Source of the DNA: an uncultured Candidatus Poseidoniales archaeon
GTDB taxonomy: Archaea; Thermoplasmatota; Poseidoniia; Poseidoniales; Thalassarchaeaceae
DNA length: 64,000 bases
Direction of reading: 5' to 3'
NCBI GenBank assembly: GCA_963968165.1
Contig: CAXAFE010000012.1
Coordinates: forward strand, 3,964-67,963
In this document: positions 27,922-35,946 of the stretch, piece by piece
Numbering within the stretch: position 1 is the stretch's first letter
Layout of the letters: each line of letters starts with the position of its first letter
Notes under the pieces: model-generated
The model's database searches: none
What the model was told of the DNA's origin: nothing
Seen by the model: the letters and a program-made list of their open reading frames with translations, nothing else
Position numbers and translations under genes: made by a program

Positions 27922-29148
27922 TTATGCATCAGTTTCGTTGAATGACAAGTTTGCCCCAGATTTTCTTACTTTATCCCATTGTTTCCCAATCTCAACAGCC
28001 TTAGCGCTTGGTTCCCATGAATCTCGCTTAAGGGCTTGTCTGAATGGCATTCGATTAACGGTACGGCCATCCGAAAGTTGTTTTTTCCTAAGCATTCCTC
28101 GCTTTACAAATGGCCATAATAATTTTCTAAAAATACCTGGAGAGTATAGCCAACGCATGAATGCTAAACCATCACCTTTACGTTTTTGATCCCACATCCA
28201 ATATCTTGCTGCTAATTTGAATCCTCTATCTCCCACTCGATTTAGAATAAAGCGATTAATGGCACTAGATTTAACCAAAGGAATTAGTCGTTTACGAATT
28301 TCAAATTCATAATTACATTCTCCGAGAATACCTTTTGCAGCAAGTACTCCACTAGTAATTGCATATCTCATTCCGAAGCCCCACATGAAATCTTGTAAAC
28401 CTCCGGCTTCCCCAACATAATATCGACCTTCATGAATATATTTTTCGGGTAAAGAAAAGTCACCTTTTCCTCCGACTCTCTTTATTGGACGGCGATTTAA
28501 ATCGTAATTATCTTCATACCAGGCGATAGTTTCATTCAAATATCTTCCACTCTTTTTTTGCTTACGCCAAAGACATGTGCAAATTAATCCAATTCCATCG
28601 ATTATTATCAAATAAGAATATGCTCCAGGCGCTAATTTATCATTTAATTGAAGAGTTACGTGATTTGGATGATCTGTGTGGAAAATTTCACCAAATGCAA
28701 CAGCGCTAGAATCTTTAGGGCCTGCAGCGATAATATCGCACTCTTCGGGATTTTTTCTTTCTCCATAGTGTATTTTCACGCCTGCTTCGACGGCCATACG
28801 CTTCATCCCTTGGTCTATGCAGTGTTCATCAGTACCTCTTTCTACGACTCTAAATGCTATTGATTCGGACCTTGGTTGAGTTATTTCACCATCTGGATGT
28901 GCTAAGTCAACTACATTAAATCCATCAGATTTGAAATAATCTGGATTTAGGCCCCAATCTCTCATTTCATCGAAAAAATCTGGTGAAGATGTCCAATTTT
29001 CAATTCCCTGAAAATCTCCATCAAAACGTGCACCACTATCCTTGCGAATATCATATACGTGTACTTCTTTTCCTGCATTAGCCAAAACTGTAGCTGCAGA
29101 AAGGCCTGACAAACCAGCCCCCAAAATATGAAGGGTATCTTGTGCCAT
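27922..29148 (-). CDS. FAD-dependent oxidoreductase, geranylgeranyl-reductase-like
   Basis: N-terminal dinucleotide fold ILGAGLSGLSAA...VHVYD, plus a basic C-terminal extension. Confidence 0.6.
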   Translation of the reverse strand: MAQDTLHILGAGLSGLSAATVLANAGKEVHVYDIRKDSGARFDGDFQGIENWTSSPDFFDEMRDWGLNPDYFKSDGFNVVDLAHPDGEITQPRSESIAFRVVERGTDEHCIDQGMKRMAVEAGVKIHYGERKNPEECDIIAAGPKDSSAVAFGEIFHTDHPNHVTLQLNDKLAPGAYSYLIIIDGIGLICTCLWRKQKKSGRYLNETIAWYEDNYDLNRRPIKRVGGKGDFSLPEKYIHEGRYYVGEAGGLQDFMWGFGMRYAITSGVLAAKGILGECNYEFEIRKRLIPLVKSSAINRFILNRVGDRGFKLAARYWMWDQKRKGDGLAFMRWLYSPGIFRKLLWPFVKRGMLRKKQLSDGRTVNRMPFRQALKRDSWEPSAKAVEIGKQWDKVRKSGANLSFNETDA

Positions 29149-29216
29149 GTCAAATGGGACGAAGTTCTGAACTTCAACATTGGGTAATTTCCGCTGTATT
29201 CAAGTCAGAGTAGCCT

Positions 29217-29651
29217 GTGGGGTTGTTTGTGACTAAAGTCATCGTTTCCGTAGAATCAATTAAATTAGATCCTGATGAACTAAGGAAAATGATTGATTCC
29301 GAAAAATGTGGAAGCATAGTGTCATTTATCGGTTTGACTAGAGGGATTGACGAAGGTAAAAAAATAAAAGAATTGGTTTTCGATGCATGGGAGGAAAAAT
29401 TACCAATTATTCTCAGAAAAATAGGTCTAGAAGCAATTGAAATGTTTGAGATTAAGCAGGTAATAATTTCGCATCGTATTGGAAATGTTAAACCAAAGGA
29501 GCCAATTGTTTGTATTCACGTTGCCTCCATACACAGAGCAGAGGGTTTTTCTGCATGTAGTTGGCTAATTGATGAATTGAAAAAGCAGGCACCATTATGG
29601 AAGAAAGAAGTCCGTCCGGATGGTTTTACTTGGAAAAGTGGTTTGGGCTAG
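29217..29651 (+). CDS. moaE: Molybdopterin synthase catalytic subunit MoaE
   Basis: Motifs are GSIVSFIGLTRG, VASIHRAEGF and APLWKKEV. GTG start. Confidence 0.75.
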   Translation: MGLFVTKVIVSVESIKLDPDELRKMIDSEKCGSIVSFIGLTRGIDEGKKIKELVFDAWEEKLPIILRKIGLEAIEMFEIKQVIISHRIGNVKPKEPIVCIHVASIHRAEGFSACSWLIDELKKQAPLWKKEVRPDGFTWKSGLG

Positions 29652-29721
29652 CGTTATGAATGAGTGGAAAAAATTCATTCCATAAATAGTCAAATAAATA
29701 CTCCCCTCCCTTGCGGTATCA

Positions 29722-30180
29722 ATGACGAATAGTTTAGAGGGGATTACAGACATAAGTTCTAAAGAAAATGTGAAAAGGTTAGCAGTTGCTAAAGGAACTC
29801 TTATTCTTAACAAAAAATCAATCTCTTTGATTAGACAAGGAGGTATTAGTAAAGGTGATGTACGGGAAGCATCGACTATTGCAGCAATACAGGCTGTTAA
29901 GGAAACTCCTAGAATGATTCCTCACTGCCATAACATACCAATAGAGGGGTGTAATGTTGAGTGGGAAATTGATGGAAATAAATTAAATTGTACTGTTACA
30001 GTAAAAACTAATTGGAAAACAGGGGTTGAGATGGAAGCACTTTGTGGAGTTAGTAGTGGTTTATTATGCGCTTGGGATATGTTAAAGTCTAATGAAAAAG
30101 ATCAAGATGGACAATATCCGGAAACTAAAATTATTGATATTAGAGTGCTCGAAAAAATCAAAGATCGACCGCATGATTGA
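29722..30180 (+). CDS. moaC: Cyclic pyranopterin monophosphate synthase MoaC
   Basis: Motifs are KGDVREASTIAAIQAVKET, MIPHCHNIPI and TGVEMEAL. Confidence 0.85.
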   Translation: MTNSLEGITDISSKENVKRLAVAKGTLILNKKSISLIRQGGISKGDVREASTIAAIQAVKETPRMIPHCHNIPIEGCNVEWEIDGNKLNCTVTVKTNWKTGVEMEALCGVSSGLLCAWDMLKSNEKDQDGQYPETKIIDIRVLEKIKDRPHD

Positions 30181-30204
30181 ATTCCTAGTTGCGTTGCGGG
30201 AGGC

Positions 30205-31152
30205 ATGGCAACAAAAGATTTGGAAAAATATTTCCTAGATGCAACTGAATCTGCGGCAATAGCTGCTGCAGCATGGATTGGCCTCAATGATGGTAAAGCA
30301 GCAGATGGGGCTGCTGTTCATGCAATGAGAAAGGTCTTTGATAACGTACCATTTGATGGAAGGGTAGCAATAGGAGAAGGAGAAAGAGATGATGCCCCTA
30401 TGCTCTGGATCGGTGAGCCACTGGGATCAATGCAAGGCGATCCGTTAGCAATGTCGATTGATATTGCTGTTGATCCATTAGAATGTACCAATCATGTGGC
30501 AAATGATTTGCCTAATGCAATGGCAGTATTGGCAGCAGCACCGAGAGGCAAATTACTCCATGCACCTGATTGTTATATGAATAAAATTGCTGGTTCCAAA
30601 GATTTGATTGGAGAAATAAGTTTAGAGGCAGATGTTGCATACAATATTGAAGCAGCAGCTTCAGTATTAGGAAAGAATACAAAAGATTTGACGGTAATAG
30701 TCATGGACAGACCTAGACACAAAGAACTAATTAAAGATTTAAATGAGTATAAAGTCGACATAAGATTGATTGGCGATGGTGATGTCTCTGCAGCACTTGA
30801 TGCTGCTGATCCTAGTTCTGAAATTGATATGTTAATGGGAGTTGGAGCTGCGCCTGAAGGAGTAATTACTGCTGCAGCATTAAGGGGACTTGATGCCTCA
30901 TTCGAAGGCAGGTTAGTATTCAAAAATGATGGGCATAGAGAAAGGGCTGAATCTATGATAGATGGAGATATTGAAAGAATTTGGTCCCGCGATCAATTAT
31001 GCGCCTCGGAAGATGCAATATTTATTGGAACTGGAGTATGTAAAGGTCGAACGGATGGAGTCAAAGTAGATGAAAATGGAAAATACACAGTCCATTCGGA
31101 AGTTATAGATGTAAAAAATAAAATACATAAATTTTTGACAACTGAGAGATAA
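30205..31152 (+). CDS. glpX: Fructose-1,6-bisphosphatase class II (GlpX type)
   Basis: Motifs are ATESAAIAAAAWIG, DGAAVHAMR, IGEGERDDAPML and DPLECTN. Confidence 0.9.
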   Translation: MATKDLEKYFLDATESAAIAAAAWIGLNDGKAADGAAVHAMRKVFDNVPFDGRVAIGEGERDDAPMLWIGEPLGSMQGDPLAMSIDIAVDPLECTNHVANDLPNAMAVLAAAPRGKLLHAPDCYMNKIAGSKDLIGEISLEADVAYNIEAAASVLGKNTKDLTVIVMDRPRHKELIKDLNEYKVDIRLIGDGDVSAALDAADPSSEIDMLMGVGAAPEGVITAAALRGLDASFEGRLVFKNDGHRERAESMIDGDIERIWSRDQLCASEDAIFIGTGVCKGRTDGVKVDENGKYTVHSEVIDVKNKIHKFLTTER

Positions 31153-31214
31153 ACGTTTACTTAACTATCGATGGATTCATTTCCTAGGTCCATTTCCATA
31201 GCTTTGGAGATAGT

Positions 31215-32228
31215 ATGGATAAAATTAGTCTTGAAAAAATTGCAAGAGATTTAGTTGCCAAAGGAAAAGGCATTTTAGCCGCAGATGAAAGTAATGGCAC
31301 CATGTCAAAACGCTTAGAATCAGTTGGCCTTAAGGCAACAGAAGAGAATAGACGTGCATACAGAGTTAATTTATTTTTATCAAAGAACTATCAGCAATCC
31401 ATTAGCGGAGTAATACTGTATGATGAAACTATTAGGCAAAATATGGATGATGGAGGATCAGTTCCAGAAGCAATGACACAGATAGGAGTTTACCCCGGAA
31501 TTAAAGTTGATACAGGAGCTAAAGAACTAGCCAATCATAGTGGTGAAAAAGTCACTGAGGGCTTAGATGGTTTAAGAGATCGATGTTTTGAGTATTATCA
31601 ATTAGGTGCTAGATTCGCTAAATGGAGAGCAGTGATAACAATTAATGATGAATTACCAAGTGAGACCTGCATGAAAGTAAATTCTCATGCACTCGCAAGG
31701 TATGCGGCAATATGTCAGGAACAAGGCCTAGTACCAATAATCGAGCCTGAGGTTTTGATGGAAGGAGATCATTCTTCGGAAAGGTGTTTTGAGGTAACAT
31801 CTAAAATGCTTAGTTATACTTTTTCGGAATGTATATCTCAAGGCGTTTACCTTCCAGGAATATTATTAAAACCCAATATGATATTACCGGGAAATAGTAG
31901 TGTGGAGAAAATTACAAGGGAAAAGGTAGCTGAATTGACACTAAAATGTTTAATAGAAAATGTACCTGAACAAATTCCAGGAATTGTTTTTCTTTCAGGT
32001 GGCCAATCAGATGAAGATGCGACTGCACATCTTAATATCATGAATAACATGGAAACACCCAAGCCGTGGGAATTGTCATATTCTTATGGAAGAGCATTGC
32101 AGGCTGCAGCATTGGAGGAATGGGCAAATGGCACTCCGAGCACTAGTCAAAATGCATTCTTAAAGAGAGCTAAAATGAATCATAAGGCCAGAAGTGGAGA
32201 ATGGGATTCCTCATTAGAAAGTTCTTGA
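31215..32228 (+). CDS. fba: Fructose-bisphosphate aldolase, class I (eukaryote/bacterial type)
   Basis: Motifs are GILAADESNGTMSKRL, IEPEVLMEG, the Schiff-base region LLKPNM, and FLSGGQS. Confidence 0.9.
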   Translation: MDKISLEKIARDLVAKGKGILAADESNGTMSKRLESVGLKATEENRRAYRVNLFLSKNYQQSISGVILYDETIRQNMDDGGSVPEAMTQIGVYPGIKVDTGAKELANHSGEKVTEGLDGLRDRCFEYYQLGARFAKWRAVITINDELPSETCMKVNSHALARYAAICQEQGLVPIIEPEVLMEGDHSSERCFEVTSKMLSYTFSECISQGVYLPGILLKPNMILPGNSSVEKITREKVAELTLKCLIENVPEQIPGIVFLSGGQSDEDATAHLNIMNNMETPKPWELSYSYGRALQAAALEEWANGTPSTSQNAFLKRAKMNHKARSGEWDSSLESS

Positions 32229-32239
32229 AAAAAATAGAA

Positions 32240-32500
32240 TTAAATTTTATTTTCTGAATCTAAAGTTCCTGGTCTTAGTTGCCAGACGCATATCTCGTAT
32301 CTTCCTGATAAGGCCCCACCTCTCTTTGTTGTAGCTATTTTTAAGATGTCTTTATCCTTTGATAAAACATTACCAAGTTGTTGTGGAGTAGTTCCATGCC
32401 TCATAGTTGAATTCACATGTTCTAATATTTCTGTAGTATTGGCTTCTCCTCTTAAATCTAAAAATTTTTTTATTTTTTGTCTTAATCTTGTTGTTCTCAT
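32240..32500 (-). CDS. Small putative winged-helix DNA-binding protein (paralog A)
   Basis: 86 aa. It shares with its neighbour the pattern I(K/R)KFL...(N)T(T/A)EI...(D)K(D/S)I(L/V)(K/R)I. Separated from the upstream paralog by 1 nt. Confidence 0.45.
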   Translation of the reverse strand: MRTTRLRQKIKKFLDLRGEANTTEILEHVNSTMRHGTTPQQLGNVLSKDKDILKIATTKRGGALSGRYEICVWQLRPGTLDSENKI

Positions 32501-32501
32501 A

Positions 32502-32777
32502 TCAATAACCTCCGTTGAAACCTTCGCTCATTTGCCGCCCATGATGACTTGCCCATTCTTTGGTGGCCCACTCTGAAAGTGCTTTGGAAGGATCGAAGAC
32601 GCCGCTGCTTCGAATTTCCCCTATACGAACAATTGATTTATCCGATTCAAGAAATTCTGCAATATTAAGATTTGTTGCTATATTCATTTTAGAAAGCCAG
32701 AAAGAAATTTCCGCAGTATTCCTAGGTTTATTTACCAAGAATTTTCTTATACTACTACGTATATTTTCTTCTAACAT
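32502..32777 (-). CDS. Small putative winged-helix DNA-binding protein (paralog B)
   Basis: 91 aa with the same layout as the 86-aa neighbour. Divergent from the 852-aa gene across a 257-bp AT-rich spacer. Confidence 0.45.
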   Translation of the reverse strand: MLEENIRSSIRKFLVNKPRNTAEISFWLSKMNIATNLNIAEFLESDKSIVRIGEIRSSGVFDPSKALSEWATKEWASHHGRQMSEGFNGGY

Positions 32778-32821
32778 ATTAATTACCTAATCAACAATCT
32801 AAGTCCGCGTAATCGAACCTC

Positions 32822-32841
32822 GTTTCACAGGAGAGCGGGGG
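32822..32841 (+). promoter_or_regulatory. Origin-recognition-box-like element with G-string
   Basis: TTTCACAGGAGAGCGGGGGG, compared with the remembered ORB pattern TTCCA-N2-3-GGAAA-N-GGGGG (two mismatches). It is a GC island in an AT-rich spacer. Confidence 0.3.
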
Positions 32842-32946
32842 GTAATATAATGCTTCTGTATATTATTACGATTATTAGTTACATATTGTTGCCAAAAAAG
32901 GATGATTTTTTGAAGAAGTTTATATTAAATGAATACAGCACTAAGT

Positions 32947-32958
32947 TTTCCACTAGAA
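32947..32958 (+). promoter_or_regulatory. Mini-ORB-like dyad
   Basis: TTCCACTAGAAA resembles the TTCCAGTGGAAA mini-ORB core. No G-string follows. Confidence 0.2.
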
Positions 32959-33034
32959 ATGTGTAACTTATTGTAACTATAATAGTAAATATTATACATA
33001 TAATTGATTTAGATTAATACGGAGGAGTATTCTA

Positions 33035-35593
33035 GTGTCTAATCATTTCAGTGGTAACTCTACAGGAGATGCAATTAATACACCAAAAAAGATCCGGAGT
33101 AAACATAGATTGAGAATGATGTTGAGGCTGTCTGAAGGAGAGGAGACAGTCAGTGATTTGGCTAAGTTAGTAGGATTAAGAGTGCCTCATGCATCAGCTG
33201 AAATAAGGAAAATGAGAGAAGAAAGTTTGGTAACAAGTGACCTACCAGTAGGATCTAGGGGTGCAAAAATGAGTTTAACAGATAATGGTTGGAATGTTTT
33301 GCAAACTGATGAATGGTCTAAAGCATTAGTAGCACTTCCTCTTCCACGTGAGATTGACAAATATACTATTTTATATCGTGATAAAACAGATATATTATTT
33401 GCATTTTTGGATAAACCAAACGAACCAATGATAATGATACCCGACCGCATGCCGGGTTCCACTGGAAATGATGGGGTTTCATGGAGTTGGGCCAGCCTTA
33501 ATGAATCCGGGCCTAGGTGGTTTAATTTGGATAGTATGGAAATAAGTTTGGAATCTCCCGTAAAGCCGGATCCCCAAAGTATTGATGCATATTCCAAACG
33601 ACCTCGAATAATAGGAATAATTAGAGGAAAAGTACTGAATAATAAAGCGGCAATAACAGCCTCAGTAGGTAAGTGGTTTAGCGCTCCTAGCGATAGGCAT
33701 GGAACTCCACTAACAGAAACCTCTTACCATAGAGGAATTTGGAAATTAGGTAAGAGTCATGAAATGATTCCATTGATAAAACCAAAAAACCCCATAGTAG
33801 GAATTATGAAAGATAGTTTGTATAAATCGATGCTACTAAGAACTGCCAAGAGAAATGCTTTGGTGATAGGAGATTTGAGAGGTTTGGATTCCGGAGGGAC
33901 AATGTATCCATTAGATGTACTGGAATACTGGATAGAAATTTCTCATCCGAGAATAACTATACAAGATAGAAAGAGAAGGTTAACAGCGCTAAAGGATAAA
34001 ATAGTAAGAAATAAACGTGTTAGAGTCTCAGATTCCACTTGGAGGAAATTCAGAAAAGATTGGGGGGCAAGTTCCTTTTCTCAAGAAAAATATTCAAAAA
34101 ATATAGATATTAGGGGGCTCAACAGGATTCCAATAGAGTCCCTGATTCGCTGGTCGATAGAAAATGAGAGTCATGTACCATTGGTTCTAGAAATTAAAAA
34201 TAAAATATCTGAAAGTACACTATCTCTAATCACATCTCACTCAAATTTGAGACTGATAATACTTGAGAATATGATATCAGGATTTGAAAATTATGACATA
34301 TTAGAGATGAATAAATTTAGACCATTGCCTTGGTTAAATTTCAGAACAAAAGATGGTACATTGCCATTAAAATTAATTGAAAGTCAGTATGAAGATGAAG
34401 AATATCAAAGTAAAGTTAAACTCACTGTAACGCCATGGGAAATAAGAAATATAGAAATGAAGAGTGATTTCATACCTGAAGAGTTAAATGAAGATTATTA
34501 TTCAATGGTAAAATCATCGATATCTCAATATCCCCTTGGCGATGAAGAATGGGCAAATCAAATAGAGGCCAAATATCCTTTAGCATCATGGATAGCATCA
34601 CCCCCCTCTGGTAGATGGCCAAGGTGGCAAAGATTGAGAAATAGACTTGATTCAGAATGGTTAGCACTACTTGATCTGGATCATTTGCCAATTGAAAGAT
34701 TGGTTGAAGTGGCTAATGAAGCGCCTATTTCTGTTCTAAATATATTTTCTGAAGAAATGAAATACAAATTAAGGGAAGATTCAGATATTTTTTTACGATC
34801 TAGGCCTGCAATAGATTCCAATAGCGCGTCGCCTGGCGTTTCATGGATAGCAGGTCAATTCCTTTCCAGTGTTGCTTGGATGCCGGAAAATATACATAAT
34901 GACATTCTAGAATGGGCAATAAATGCTTGGGTTAAAAATCCACCAATTGACTCTCTTCAAGCAATTAAAGGCATTTATTGGCTTTACAACAAAGAACAAA
35001 AAAATAGAATTAAATTAGATGAGATGATGATGAAATTTAAAAATAAAAATAAAGATATATCTGATGATAATATATTAAAAATTTGGTCAGATATGATTGA
35101 TATGATAGTCGAAAAAAAGGAATTAAAAAAACAGGATTTACAATTGGTTGTAAAAAGATTACCTCCAGATTGGTGGGCGATACATGCTCAAAATTTACTG
35201 CGAAAGGCGTTGAAGAATGAGAATATGAAATGGTTATTAAGCATGGATCTACCTTGGTGTTCAACGATAATGAGAAGGAAGGGGGAGGAGGTGGATGTCC
35301 CGGGAATTTCTTCAAAAAATCACCCAGGTTGTGATTTTTCCATATATGATGATTTGAAGATGGAGATATCTAATATTGAAAATAATTCTATTCTTGATTT
35401 ATTTGAATCTTTACATTCCTCAATTAATATGGTCAAACCCAAGATAGGCAGGACTCATGAGTTAGTTGGATGGCTTGCCCAACCTATCGAAAAATGGCCT
35501 GATTTTACTCAAAAGGAAATATCAAATGGAGAAGTTGATATTATGAAGAGAATTATGCTTAGAAAGACTAGTTTTTCATATAAAAAAAATTAA
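33035..35593 (+). CDS. Large orphan protein with N-terminal ArsR/MarR-like winged HTH
   Basis: GTG start 8 nt after GGAGGA. Residues ~25-70, RLRMMLRLSEGEETVSDLAKLVGLRVPHASAEIRKMREESLV, fit an HTH. The remaining ~780 aa are W-rich and helical toward the C-terminus, with no motif I recognise. Confidence 0.6.
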   Translation: MSNHFSGNSTGDAINTPKKIRSKHRLRMMLRLSEGEETVSDLAKLVGLRVPHASAEIRKMREESLVTSDLPVGSRGAKMSLTDNGWNVLQTDEWSKALVALPLPREIDKYTILYRDKTDILFAFLDKPNEPMIMIPDRMPGSTGNDGVSWSWASLNESGPRWFNLDSMEISLESPVKPDPQSIDAYSKRPRIIGIIRGKVLNNKAAITASVGKWFSAPSDRHGTPLTETSYHRGIWKLGKSHEMIPLIKPKNPIVGIMKDSLYKSMLLRTAKRNALVIGDLRGLDSGGTMYPLDVLEYWIEISHPRITIQDRKRRLTALKDKIVRNKRVRVSDSTWRKFRKDWGASSFSQEKYSKNIDIRGLNRIPIESLIRWSIENESHVPLVLEIKNKISESTLSLITSHSNLRLIILENMISGFENYDILEMNKFRPLPWLNFRTKDGTLPLKLIESQYEDEEYQSKVKLTVTPWEIRNIEMKSDFIPEELNEDYYSMVKSSISQYPLGDEEWANQIEAKYPLASWIASPPSGRWPRWQRLRNRLDSEWLALLDLDHLPIERLVEVANEAPISVLNIFSEEMKYKLREDSDIFLRSRPAIDSNSASPGVSWIAGQFLSSVAWMPENIHNDILEWAINAWVKNPPIDSLQAIKGIYWLYNKEQKNRIKLDEMMMKFKNKNKDISDDNILKIWSDMIDMIVEKKELKKQDLQLVVKRLPPDWWAIHAQNLLRKALKNENMKWLLSMDLPWCSTIMRRKGEEVDVPGISSKNHPGCDFSIYDDLKMEISNIENNSILDLFESLHSSINMVKPKIGRTHELVGWLAQPIEKWPDFTQKEISNGEVDIMKRIMLRKTSFSYKKN

Positions 35594-35619
35594 TTAAAAC
35601 ATAAAAGGAACCGAGATGT

Positions 35620-35917
35620 TCTTTAGTGGCTATTCTGTGGGTTTATTGCCCATACGGCAACACCGTCATGACGAAATCACCACGCCGGAGGTTTAGGATG
35701 AATGACGGTACCACGTTTTGGGAAACCACTTGTCGAAGACCATAGTGACTGAAAAGAATGAGCTATGGAGCAAAACAAGTGGCCGGATTGTGATAGGTCC
35801 CCAGAGGACTGAAAGGAATGAATCAAGGGACTACCGCACAGTCCGACAGACGTCCCGGGGTGGGTCAGGCGCCAGAGTTAACACAATGAAGGTGACCGTT
35901 ACACCCCGGGGTACAGC
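35620..35917 (+). ncRNA. GC-rich structured RNA of unassigned family (divergent RNase P/SRP RNA or novel)
   Basis: GC jumps here (37/60 in 35821-35880). At least six hand-drawn helices are present, including a 9-bp CCCGGGGUG/CACCCCGGG and nested CCACUUGU/ACAAGUGG plus CCAUAG/CUAUGG. G-U pairs favour the + strand. An A/T-rich TATA-like tract at ~35586-35600 lies upstream. Ends are approximate. Confidence 0.6.
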
Positions 35918-35946
35918 AAATATAATCGAAAAATTATAGTGATAGT

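Noticed and set aside
35690-35830. Interpreting the CUGA/AAUGA motifs as a C/D box sRNA, or the nested hairpin as an H/ACA guide
   Set aside because: The box-like elements are ~48 nt apart instead of ~12 nt, and the intervening spacers pair with each other, so they are not free guides. No ACA/ANA box follows the 8-bp lower stem at the expected position.
35620-35917. Calling the structured RNA RNase P RNA or SRP RNA
   Set aside because: The size and GC-richness fit both. A few short strings are reminiscent (AGGAUGAAUGACGGUACCACG, GGAGCAA...GGCC, GGGGUACAGCAAAU). But I could not find the universal P4/CR-I and CR-V blocks or the SRP helix-8 GNAR/AGCA motif, and the reminiscent strings are not all in the canonical order. 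I leave it unassigned pending a covariance-model search.
35718-35939. 73-aa ORF (MGNHLSKTIV...) in the 35594-35946 gap
   Set aside because: It lies entirely inside the GC-rich, helix-dense segment. It has no Shine-Dalgarno and an R/G/T-rich composition unlike neighbouring proteins. It is better explained as a chance ORF within a structured RNA.
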